64,000 nucleotides of DNA from Candidatus Moraniibacteriota bacterium (lineage in GTDB: Bacteria; Patescibacteriota; Minisyncoccia; Moranbacterales; UBA11712): NCBI GenBank assembly GCA_028695025.1, contig JAQVJV010000001.1, positions 21,201-85,200 of the forward strand, written 5' to 3'. Both the position numbers and the translations under genes were made by a program. Below are positions 51,144-59,357 of the stretch, one piece after another (within the stretch, counting starts at the first letter, position 1; every line of letters begins with the position of its first letter). Below the pieces are notes generated by a model. The model ran no database searches, was not told the DNA's origin, and saw only the letters and a program-made list of their open reading frames with translations.

Positions 51144-52258
51144 CCTTTTTTCACGACAAAACTTTTGCTCTCGCGGTCAACGGTTTTGGCCTTTTCCGCC
51201 TCTCTTCGCGCATCCGGAGGCAAAACGCCGAGGATATTTTTGAGCGCGATGCCGTCCACCTTCAGCACCGCTTCCCACTTGTCGAGCGGCTCAAGGATCG
51301 AGCGCAATTTTTCCGAATCATATTTATAACTCTTCCGGATCGAGCGTAAAACCCGGCCCGCGTCCGAAAACACCTGGTCGACTTCTTCTGTGTCCATATA
51401 TTTCCCAAGAGCCTCCTGCAGTTCGCCAATTCGGTCCGCTTTCGATTTGAGCTCGTCTTTGAGGGCGATATATTCGTCGATAACTTTTCCTATGTCGATA
51501 TTTTCTTCCTGCTCTTTTTTGAACTTATGCTTCCACATCGGGCAAATTTTCTGGTATCCGCACCAGTCACAAAGTCCGGAAAGGGCCGGTTCGAACTTTG
51601 ATTTCCCGATTTGGCCGATCAGGTCAAGCACGAATTCCTCGCTTTCCTTCACCTGGCCCAAAGTTCTTGTCGAGCTCAATTTCACGCCGTGCTTGAGATA
51701 GTAGAGCGAGACTTTGATGTTTTCGATATTTTTGGCTTCTTCGGGATAGCGTTTGAGAAATCCAGCGAGATAAATCGAGAGCTGGAGATCATTGTCCACC
51801 TTTTCCTGGCTCGGAAGTTTGCGGGTGGTTTTGTAGTCGATGATTTCAAACCCGTTTTCAGTCCGGTCGATCCGGTCAATGATTCCGGTGAGGATATGCT
51901 TTTCTTCCGATCCTATTTCAAGCTGGAAACGCGACTCGAGATCGACGATGTTCGTTTTCGCAATGTCGTTTTTTTTATAATAATCCTGAAGCATCGCCAC
52001 GCCTTGCGAAAAGGCGGCACGCTCTTCCGTTTCGTCGGAAAAAACCTCCGCGTTCCAATTTTTGGAAAAAAAATCAAGCGCCTGCTCCAAGGCGGGGGAG
52101 AGTATCCCCGGGGTATGCACCAGTTTCAAGGTATTATGAAGAAGCGTCCCGAAAACCTGCTCCTTGGATTTGGGAGTTTTCACGCGGTCGATTTGGGAAT
52201 ATTTGTATTTCAGCGGACAGACAAGAAACGTGTCCAAAGCCGAATAGGATGTGTTCAT
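51140..52258 (-). CDS. PD-(D/E)XK nuclease superfamily protein, Cas4/RecB-like with a 4-Cys cluster, plus a C-terminal coiled-coil extension
   Basis: An N-terminal Cys (FLVCPLKYKY), the motif-II/III arrangement GIIDRIDRTENGFEIIDYKT (D...ExK), and C-terminal CDWCGYQKIC (Cx2Cx5C). No cas genes or CRISPR repeats lie nearby. Confidence 0.6.
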   Translation of the reverse strand: MNTSYSALDTFLVCPLKYKYSQIDRVKTPKSKEQVFGTLLHNTLKLVHTPGILSPALEQALDFFSKNWNAEVFSDETEERAAFSQGVAMLQDYYKKNDIAKTNIVDLESRFQLEIGSEEKHILTGIIDRIDRTENGFEIIDYKTTRKLPSQEKVDNDLQLSIYLAGFLKRYPEEAKNIENIKVSLYYLKHGVKLSSTRTLGQVKESEEFVLDLIGQIGKSKFEPALSGLCDWCGYQKICPMWKHKFKKEQEENIDIGKVIDEYIALKDELKSKADRIGELQEALGKYMDTEEVDQVFSDAGRVLRSIRKSYKYDSEKLRSILEPLDKWEAVLKVDGIALKNILGVLPPDARREAEKAKTVDRESKSFVVKKG

Positions 52259-52571
52259 GGGGATATTTTTTATTACGCCTTATCTCATCTTACTTTTCTT
52301 CGCCCGATTCCGCAAGAGGAAATTGTTTGAAAAATAAGGGAAAATTTGATAGCATAGAAAGAGAATAATCACTTATTTTAAGCAAGATGAAAGAAGAACC
52401 AACCTGCAAAACGGGAATTAAAAAGAATGTAATAAACAAAAAAACATTCGATCGCGAAATGGAATTATGTCATTTACTTTCTAAAGAAAACAAGGGCGGC
52501 TGCGGATGGGGAAAAGCGGGGATTGTGGAGTTATTCCCTTGCTTGTGAAGCTGCATGAGGGAATCCTGTTG

Positions 52572-52623
52572 GAAGATGCAAAAGATATCAAATCAGCAAG
52601 AGATAGATATTTGAAAAAAAATC
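52572..52623 (+). promoter_or_regulatory. Conserved ~50-nt leader, copy 1, immediately upstream of the CYTH gene
   Basis: ggaagatgcaaaagatatcaaatcagcaagagatagatatttgaaaaaaaatc is repeated at 55453-55505 with about 85% identity. Confidence 0.45.
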
Positions 52624-53205
52624 ATGCAAATTGAATACGAAGCCACTTTTGAAAAAATTGACAAGGACGAAATGCGCGAGCGCTTGAAAAACACGGGCGC
52701 GAAATTAGTGCGTCCCGAATTTTTATCCCGTCGAGTGACACTGAATCTCCCCTCCGGACATGAAATCCCAAACGCATGGATAAGAGTCCGGGATAACGGC
52801 CAGAAAATAACCCAGACTTTGAAAATCGTTGCTAATGGCAAAATTGATAATCAGCAAGAGTTGGAAGTCAAGGTTGATGATTTTGAAAAAACAATCGAAT
52901 TCCTCGAAAAAATCGGCTGCCTAAAGAAATCCTATCAGGAAACAAAAAGGGAGAAATGGGAATTGAACGATGTTGAAGTGACAATTGACGAATGGCCGTT
53001 TCTCGAACCTTTTGTGGAGATTGAGGGAAAAAATGAAAATGAAGTTCGAAAAATTTCAGAGAAGCTTGGATTCGACTGGAGGAAGGCCTTGTTCTGCGCC
53101 ATCGGCCATTTATATGAAAGAAAATATAGGATACCCGAAAATAAGTTTAATAATGATTTTACGAAAATAGTTTTCGAAATGGAAAATCCTTTTAAAAATT
53201 TTTAA
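52624..53205 (+). CDS. CYTH-domain protein (triphosphate-tunnel metalloenzyme / class IV adenylyl cyclase-like)
   Basis: 193 aa with an N-terminal acidic EYEATFEK motif region, then ...AWIRVRDNGQKITQTLK...ELEVKVDDFE...KKSYQETKREKWELNDVEVTIDEWPFLEPFVEIEG, following the CYTH beta-barrel pattern (RIR..G...LT.K...E.E...KxR......v.lD...lG.F.EIE). Confidence 0.5.
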   Translation: MQIEYEATFEKIDKDEMRERLKNTGAKLVRPEFLSRRVTLNLPSGHEIPNAWIRVRDNGQKITQTLKIVANGKIDNQQELEVKVDDFEKTIEFLEKIGCLKKSYQETKREKWELNDVEVTIDEWPFLEPFVEIEGKNENEVRKISEKLGFDWRKALFCAIGHLYERKYRIPENKFNNDFTKIVFEMENPFKNF

Positions 53206-53215
53206 AAGTAACAAT

Positions 53216-53851
53216 ATGCCAATCACAAATCCCAAGCGCAAAAAAAGAATAGAAAAATTCATCGACAAGGATCATCGTGTTATGAATGATTATTATGAAC
53301 TGATTGAAAGTGATATATCAGCAAAGAAGCTTGAAAAAGAATTGAAAGAAATGATAGAGGCGGATCCTGATTTTTATGATCCCTATATTGCATTAGCGGA
53401 TTTATATTTTTATAACAATAAGAAAGATGCGGGAGGAAAATTGCTAAAAATCGCTTACGATCGCGCGGTGGATAGAATAGTCGATTCAAGGGGAAACTGG
53501 CCTGAATTAATGGAATGGGGATGGCTGGAAAACCGACATTTGATGCGCGCACTTGAGCAATTCGGGGTTCTATTATGGGAAACCGGAAAAACCAAAGGAG
53601 CGCTGGATATTTTCAGGAAAATTTTGCGCATGAATCCGGGAGATAATCAGGGAATGCGGCATAATATTCTGGCAATAAGACTCGGAATGGGAGTCGAGGA
53701 ATGGCAAAAACCTTTCGAAGCAAAACATAAAGGAGAAGTTGTAGGGATCGACGCGGGAAAAGTAAGTAATTGGTTTGAAAAAAATGCCAAAAATTTTCCA
53801 GACGAATTTGATTGGCTATTTGAAGAATGGAAAAAATTTGATGAACAATGA
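53216..53851 (+). CDS. Hypothetical TPR-like helical repeat protein
   Basis: 211 aa with helical repeat segments (YIALADLYFYNNKKDAGGKLLKIAYDRAVD and ALDIFRKILRMNPGDNQGMRHNILAIRLG). No catalytic motif recognised. Confidence 0.35.
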   Translation: MPITNPKRKKRIEKFIDKDHRVMNDYYELIESDISAKKLEKELKEMIEADPDFYDPYIALADLYFYNNKKDAGGKLLKIAYDRAVDRIVDSRGNWPELMEWGWLENRHLMRALEQFGVLLWETGKTKGALDIFRKILRMNPGDNQGMRHNILAIRLGMGVEEWQKPFEAKHKGEVVGIDAGKVSNWFEKNAKNFPDEFDWLFEEWKKFDEQ

Positions 53852-53889
53852 TGTGCAGTCTTTATATCATCAGATAAACAAAATAACCC

Positions 53890-55422
53890 ATGGACCAGAA
53901 AACCGCGTTTGAAGTTTTGAAATCGGGAGCGAATGTTTTTTTGACCGGGCCGGCGGGGAGCGGGAAGACTTTCCTCTTGAACAAATACATCGATTTTCTT
54001 GAAGAAAACGGGATCGAAACGGCCGTCACCGCCTCCACCGGAATCGCGGCGACGCATATCGGCGGCCTCACCATCCACGCCTGGTCGGGCCTCGGCATCA
54101 AAGACCATCTCTCGAAAAAAGACCTTGAAAAAATCGTCCGCAAAAGCCGGGTCGAGCGGCGCGTATCCTGCGCGGAAGCGCTCGTGATCGATGAAATATC
54201 CATGCTCGACGCGAACCAGCTGGACAATGTCAACCAAATCTGCAAAAGGGTGCGGGATCCGTTCCTGCCGTTCGGAGGGCTCCAAGTCGTCTTGTGCGGA
54301 GATTTTTTCCAGCTTCCTCCGGTGAGCAAGGGAAGCGCGAAAGCCAAATTCGCTTTTTCCGCGCAAGTCTGGCAAGAAGCGGGCATACAGGTTTGCTATC
54401 TCGACGAACAGCACCGGCATCAAGATGACGGCCTTTTGGCGGCGCTCAACGCCATAAGAAGCTCGGAAGTTGATGAAAACGCGAAAGATATAATTTTTTC
54501 GCGCCGGAACATGCCGATTGCAAACGGTGCGGAACCCACCCGGCTTTATACCCACAACGAAGACGTCGACCGGATAAACGGCCTTGAGCTCGGGAAAATC
54601 GATGCAAAAGCGGTTGCGTACAAAATGCACGCTTCGGGAAAAAAACCGCTCGTGCAACTCCTCATGAAAGGGTGTCTCGCGCCGGAAACGCTTGCGCTCA
54701 AAATCGGGGCGCGCGTGATGTTTGTCAAGAACAATTTCGACGAAGGATACATAAACGGGACGATGGGGACGATTGCCGGTTTTGAAAAAGAAAGCAAGAT
54801 GCCGATCGTGAAAACGGACCGGGGAAAATTGATAACAGCAACTCCCGCCCAATGGGAAATCGAAGAAGACGGGGAAATCCTCGCCAAGATCCGCCAAGTT
54901 CCCTTGCGCCTCGCTTGGGCCATCACCGTCCACAAAAGCCAGGGGATGAGCCTGGACGCGGCGGAAATCGACTTGCGGCATTCTTTCGAACCGGGGATGG
55001 GATACGTCGCGCTTTCCCGCGTGAGGACCCTTGACGGCTTGCGGCTTTTGGGGATCAATGATATGTCGTTCGAGATCAACCGGGAAGTTCTCGAAGCGGA
55101 CAAAATTTTCGCCGAAATGTCCAAGGATCTCTCGGAAAAAATCAAGGCTGGCGGACAGTTGGAAAAGAAAAAAATATTCAAGAAAAAAATTTCCCAAAAG
55201 AAACGGGGATCGAAAGGCAAATCAGGGATGGCTGATTTTGTTTCGCGCGCCAGGGAAAAACATCCGAAGGCATATATGCCCTGGACGGAAAAAGAAGACG
55301 AAGATTTGAAATATTTTTTCCAGAAGCAGAAAAGGCCGGAAAATGATCTCGCAATCGTTTTTCAGAGAAAACCCGGCGCCATCCGCGCGCGGCTCAAGAA
55401 ACTGGGACTTGTTGAATTTTGA
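53890..55422 (+). CDS. Pif1-family (RecD-like SF1B) DNA helicase with a basic C-terminal extension
   Basis: Motif I GPAGSGKTFLL, Ia TASTGIAATHIGGLTIHAW, II ALVIDEISML, the Pif1 signature VVLCGDFFQLPPV, motif V AITVHKSQGMSLD, and GYVALSRVR. Confidence 0.8.
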   Translation: MDQKTAFEVLKSGANVFLTGPAGSGKTFLLNKYIDFLEENGIETAVTASTGIAATHIGGLTIHAWSGLGIKDHLSKKDLEKIVRKSRVERRVSCAEALVIDEISMLDANQLDNVNQICKRVRDPFLPFGGLQVVLCGDFFQLPPVSKGSAKAKFAFSAQVWQEAGIQVCYLDEQHRHQDDGLLAALNAIRSSEVDENAKDIIFSRRNMPIANGAEPTRLYTHNEDVDRINGLELGKIDAKAVAYKMHASGKKPLVQLLMKGCLAPETLALKIGARVMFVKNNFDEGYINGTMGTIAGFEKESKMPIVKTDRGKLITATPAQWEIEEDGEILAKIRQVPLRLAWAITVHKSQGMSLDAAEIDLRHSFEPGMGYVALSRVRTLDGLRLLGINDMSFEINREVLEADKIFAEMSKDLSEKIKAGGQLEKKKIFKKKISQKKRGSKGKSGMADFVSRAREKHPKAYMPWTEKEDEDLKYFFQKQKRPENDLAIVFQRKPGAIRARLKKLGLVEF

Positions 55423-55452
55423 GGTTTGGCCTTGAGAAAAATAAATCACTCC

Positions 55453-55505
55453 GGGAGATGAGAAAGATATCAAATCAGCAAGAGATAAATATTTGGAATA
55501 AAACC
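55453..55505 (+). promoter_or_regulatory. Conserved ~50-nt leader, copy 2
   Basis: gggagatgagaaagatatcaaatcagcaagagataaatatttggaataaaacc is the second copy of the 52572-52623 leader. Confidence 0.45.
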
Positions 55506-55559
55506 ATGCGAAAAATAGTTTTCGAGATGGAAAATCCTCTTGAATCCTTAGATTCTTAA
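55506..55559 (+). pseudogene. Internally deleted remnant of the CYTH gene (17 codons: start region fused to the C-terminal end)
   Basis: atgcgaaaaatagttttcgagatggaaaatcctc... (MRKIVFEMENPLESLDS*) joins the CYTH start context to the last 13 codons or so of the full copy (...TKIVFEMENPFKNF* at 53163-53205). About 540 bp of the gene are missing. Confidence 0.55.
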
Positions 55560-55575
55560 ACCTTAAAATAATCCC

Positions 55576-56757
55576 ATGGAGCAAATGCCCCAACCAAAGC
55601 CGCTTACAGAAACAGTAATAGTCAGTTCTGCCGACACTCAAGAAAAATATAAACGTGACTGGAAATACAAAGACTATTCTTTCGAAAAATGGGAGAAAAA
55701 CGGCTTCTTAACCACAAAAGAAGGGCTTCCATCCAAACTTGACCGCGAATGTTATGAATTAGTGAGAACGCCGGAATTTAAAAACTGGTTCGGGGATTGG
55801 GAAGAGAAAGGTGAAAACGCCAGCAAAATGATTGATCCGCAAACCGGCGAGCCTCAAGTTTTTTATCGCGGTGACAAGTCATTATACAAAGAAGGTTTCC
55901 TAGTAAAACCAGAAGAAGAGCGCACAATTGGAAAATACGATAAGAGCTATGTAAGCCAACTCTCCAAAGCGCAATCTCGTAATCAAGGTGTTTTTTTCAC
56001 GGATAATGAAAAGGTGGCGCTTGAGTATGGGACTGATATAAAAGCTGTTAGTTTGGGAAAATACAACCTCCATCCCGAAAAAGATCACCCAAAAACTTTT
56101 TTGAAAATACGCAATTGGCTGGAATCTTTTGCCAACAAAGATCCGGATTTCTGGAAAAAAGTATTGGATTATACCGTGAATCCAATGGGTCCCGGCGTTA
56201 GTGACGAAACTTATAAAAGAAACCTTCTTGCTTATTTCCAAAGACATAACTTTTCCAAGCAAGACTCCGAAAGCCTCTGGCAAGAAGTCCATACGAAAAG
56301 AAGACTTACTAATCCGGGATATTATATCGATCTCTTCGTCCACAATGGTGCTTTTGAAAACTTGATTAGGGGTTTTAGTTCTCAATCATTCAAAGCGCCA
56401 GACGCGCCTTTTGGCAGTCCATGGTTTATTAAATTTGGGAGCAAGAACACACCTGAATGGAGCAAGCAATTCAAACAGCTCGCTTTAGAATATTTTTCTG
56501 AACCGCTTGCTTTGAGCACGGTCTTTATTCGATCGAAAAAACCAAAAAAAATGCGATACGTAAATGTTGACGGAGGTTTTGAAATATATAAGGCGCGAAT
56601 AGAAGGCCATGACGCTTTCATACACGAAAAGGGCGTGGGGAAGCATACAAAAGGTGTTCCAGATAAAGCTGATGAAATAATCGTCTACGAAACCGAAAAT
56701 ATATGGACTGTGAGAAAGAAGCCGCTGGCTGAAGAAATTATGCGAGCCAAAAAATAA
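55576..56757 (+). CDS. Hypothetical protein (393 aa), unknown function
   Basis: A clean ORF in an AT-rich block. Trp-rich segments (KNWFGDWEE, SPWFIKFG), a VFYRGD segment and a late YETEN segment. No domain assignment I can support. Confidence 0.35.
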   Translation: MEQMPQPKPLTETVIVSSADTQEKYKRDWKYKDYSFEKWEKNGFLTTKEGLPSKLDRECYELVRTPEFKNWFGDWEEKGENASKMIDPQTGEPQVFYRGDKSLYKEGFLVKPEEERTIGKYDKSYVSQLSKAQSRNQGVFFTDNEKVALEYGTDIKAVSLGKYNLHPEKDHPKTFLKIRNWLESFANKDPDFWKKVLDYTVNPMGPGVSDETYKRNLLAYFQRHNFSKQDSESLWQEVHTKRRLTNPGYYIDLFVHNGAFENLIRGFSSQSFKAPDAPFGSPWFIKFGSKNTPEWSKQFKQLALEYFSEPLALSTVFIRSKKPKKMRYVNVDGGFEIYKARIEGHDAFIHEKGVGKHTKGVPDKADEIIVYETENIWTVRKKPLAEEIMRAKK

Positions 56758-56775
56758 TTTTTTCACTTTCTTTCC

Positions 56776-56804
56776 TTGCAAGTTTTCGCGGCAGGGGATA
56801 GTAT
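56776..56804 (+). promoter_or_regulatory. Sigma70-like promoter (TTGCAA-17-TAGTAT) for iscS, implying a leaderless mRNA
   Basis: TTGCAA at 56776-81 and TAGTAT at 56799-804. The iscS ATG at 56814 is 10 nt after the -10. There is no SD. Confidence 0.45.
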
Positions 56805-56813
56805 TAATGTCAT

Positions 56814-58010
56814 ATGGCCAAAAAGAGAATTTATCTTGATTACGCTTCTACGACGCCCGTCGATCCCCGGGTTTTTTCGGCTATAAAGCCCTATTTTTCC
56901 GTGAAATTCGGAAATCCGTCTTCGATCCACTCTTTCGGCCGGGAAGCGGGCGAGGCAGTGGAAAAAGCGCGCCATCAAGCGGCCGATTTTTTCGGTTGCG
57001 ACCAAAGCGAAATCATTTTTACTTCCGGCGCGTCGGAAAGCAACAACCTCGCCGTGAAGGGGACAACGATCGCCAGGATATCCCACTCAAGCCAGGGGAA
57101 AACGAAGCCGCATATCATCACCACCCAATTTGAACACTCCTGCGTCCTTGCCTCCTGCAAGAAACTGGAACAGCAAGGAATGGCCGAGGTGACCTATCTT
57201 CCCGTCGGAAAAGACGGGGTGGTGAAGATTCTTGATGTGAAAAAATCAATCAAAAAAAATACGGCGTTGGTTTCTGTTATGTACGCCAACAACGAGATCG
57301 GGACAATCCAGCCGATCCGGGAAATCGGAAAAATAATCAAGAAAGAAAATTCGGAGCGCGGAGAAAAAATCATCTTCCATACGGACGCCGTCCAAGCCGT
57401 GAACTATCTCGATTGCAAGATTGACAACCTCGGGGTTGACCTGCTCACCGCTTCGGCTCATAAGATATACGGGCCGAAAGGCGTCGGACTGCTCGCCGTT
57501 CGCAAAAATACTCCGATGAAAAGGATCCAAGACGGCGGGGGACAGGAATTCGGAATGCGCGCCGGAACGCTCAATGTCGCCGGAATCGTCGGGTTCGGCG
57601 AGGCTCTCGAAATTGCCGAGAAAGAACGGCCGCGCAACTTCAAAATCGTTGAAAAATTGAAAGGCCATATGGTCGGGCGTATCTTGGAAGAAATCCAAGG
57701 AGTGAAACTCAACGGATCGAAAACAAAGAGGCTTCCCGGAATCGCCAACTTCACCGTCCGCGACGTGGAAGGCGAAGGGCTTCTTCTCGGACTTGACCTC
57801 GAAGGCATCGCCGTATCCACCGGAAGCGCTTGCTCGGCTGCCGACCTTCGCCCGTCTCACGTCCTCGCCGCGATCGGACTATCTGAAGAAGAAAGCCATG
57901 GTAGCCTGCGGGTGAGCCTCGGGAAATACACGACCAAGCAGGAAGCGGATATTTTTGTCGACACGCTCAAAAAAGTGGTTGATAGATTAAGAATGATAGC
58001 AGGAAAATAA
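56814..58010 (+). CDS. iscS: Cysteine desulfurase (IscS/NifS type)
   Basis: IYLDYASTTPVDPRV, the PLP-Lys region (SAHKIYGPKGVG), and the active-site loop (SLGKYTT / GSACSA). Confidence 0.85.
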   Translation: MAKKRIYLDYASTTPVDPRVFSAIKPYFSVKFGNPSSIHSFGREAGEAVEKARHQAADFFGCDQSEIIFTSGASESNNLAVKGTTIARISHSSQGKTKPHIITTQFEHSCVLASCKKLEQQGMAEVTYLPVGKDGVVKILDVKKSIKKNTALVSVMYANNEIGTIQPIREIGKIIKKENSERGEKIIFHTDAVQAVNYLDCKIDNLGVDLLTASAHKIYGPKGVGLLAVRKNTPMKRIQDGGGQEFGMRAGTLNVAGIVGFGEALEIAEKERPRNFKIVEKLKGHMVGRILEEIQGVKLNGSKTKRLPGIANFTVRDVEGEGLLLGLDLEGIAVSTGSACSAADLRPSHVLAAIGLSEEESHGSLRVSLGKYTTKQEADIFVDTLKKVVDRLRMIAGK

Positions 58011-58103
58011 AAGGACTCGCGAATGAAAAAACGAATTGAGAGCGAATGAGAACGAAAATAATTCGTTAAAATTCGTTTTAATTAGTTTTTAATTCGTGAG
58101 TAT

Positions 58104-58565
58104 ATGTATTCAAAAAAAGTCCTCCAATATTTTTTGAAACCGAAAAACCAGGGCCGGATGAAAAATCCGGACGGGGTTGGCATTGTCGGAAACCCGACTT
58201 GCGGAGACATCATGACTGTCTATATTAAAGTAAATAAATCGAAAGACCGCGAGACAATATCCGACATCAAGTTTGAAACGCTTGGATGCGCCGCCGCGAT
58301 CGCCACTTCGTCGATGGTGACAGAAATCGCAAAAGGAAAAACTTTGGACGAAGCTTTCAAAATCACGCGCCAGGATGTGGCTGATGAGCTTGAAGGACTT
58401 CCTCCGCTCAAGATGCATTGTTCGAACCTGGCGGAAGGCGCCCTCAAACGGGCAATAGATGATTATAAATCAAAAGCGAAAAAGAGCGGTTCCGGCCAAA
58501 CGGAGAAAGCGCAAAAAGCAAAGCCGAAGAAGAAAACAGCCGCAAAGAAAAAATCAAAAAAATAA
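58104..58565 (+). CDS. iscU: Fe-S cluster scaffold IscU/NifU-like with a Lys-rich C-terminal tail
   Basis: NPTCGDIMTV, ETLGCAAAIATSSM and LKMHCSNLAEGAL motifs (three conserved Cys), plus a roughly 35-aa K/A-rich tail. Confidence 0.85.
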   Translation: MYSKKVLQYFLKPKNQGRMKNPDGVGIVGNPTCGDIMTVYIKVNKSKDRETISDIKFETLGCAAAIATSSMVTEIAKGKTLDEAFKITRQDVADELEGLPPLKMHCSNLAEGALKRAIDDYKSKAKKSGSGQTEKAQKAKPKKKTAAKKKSKK

Positions 58566-58590
58566 TTTTCCTGTATATGGCCTTATAGAA

Positions 58591-58629
58591 AAAACCTCCG
58601 CCCGAGGAGAAGAGAGTGGAGGTTTTTTT
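58591..58629 (+). terminator. Intrinsic terminator after iscU
   Basis: aaaacctcc...ggaggttttttta. Confidence 0.55.
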
Positions 58630-58759
58630 ATTGGAAAAATATTTTTTATTTTTTTTTCTTGTTTTATTTTTTCCCCAATTTTTCAGAGGGAAGCGGGGTT
58701 TTGAGAAATATATAACGTCGCACAATGTAGGTTATGCGACTTATTATATGTTATTTCTT

Positions 58760-59348
58760 TCAAAACTCTTTTATAACATCCAAACCTACATTTTTTAATG
58801 CCTTATAAAGTTTGTTTAATGGAAGGCCAACGACTGCATAAAAATCTCCGTGAATTTCCTCTATAAGAACTGCTGCAAGATTTTGTAATCCATACCCTCC
58901 TGCTTTGTCAAAAGGTTCCCCAGTTTCAATATAATCATTGATCTCCTGATTATTTAATTTTTTAAACTTTACCTTTGCTCTACTAATTCCATTAATGACC
59001 TTTCCACTTCTAGTATCGATCACCGCAAAACCAGAAATAGCCTCGTGTTCTTTTCCTGAATAATTTTTTATCATTTTCTCTGCCTCCTTCTTGCCCTTGG
59101 GTTTCCCTAACGGCTTTCCTTCATACACAATGATTGAATCAGCTCCAATTATAATTGCGTCTTTATAATGCCTTGCCACATCCTGAGTTTTTTTTTAGAG
59201 CTAAATACTTAACCAGTTTATATGGGTTCTTATATTTACTCATATCTTCCTCGTATTGACTTTCCCTTATTTGAAATCTTAAACCGATTTGCTCTAATAA
59301 GTTTTTTCGCCTCGATGATTTTGAGGCTAAAACTATTTTTCTTTTCAT
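58760..59348 (-). pseudogene. maf: Maf-like nucleoside triphosphate pyrophosphatase gene split by a +1 frameshift in an A9 (T9 on plus) homopolymer
   Basis: The N-terminal ORF (59163..59348: KIVLASKSSRRKNLLEQIGL...) and the C-terminal ORF (58760..59179: ...IIIGADSIIVYEGKPLGKPK...GYGLQ) are both Maf-like. Removing one A from the A9 run at 59187-59195 restores ...LKKTQDVARHYKDAIIIGADS... Confidence 0.75.
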
Positions 59349-59357
59349 AATATTTTT

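Noticed and set aside
52387-52548. 54-codon Cys-containing ORF (MKEEPTCKTGIKK…GGCGWGKAG…) in the spacer upstream of the CYTH leader
   Set aside because: It is too short with no recognisable family. It could be a gene fragment in this remnant-bearing region. I cannot support it as a gene.
52572-52623. Conserved leader as a sigma70 promoter
   Set aside because: No -35/-10 pair with acceptable spacing is conserved in both copies. It is kept as a conserved leader or recombination sequence of unknown role.
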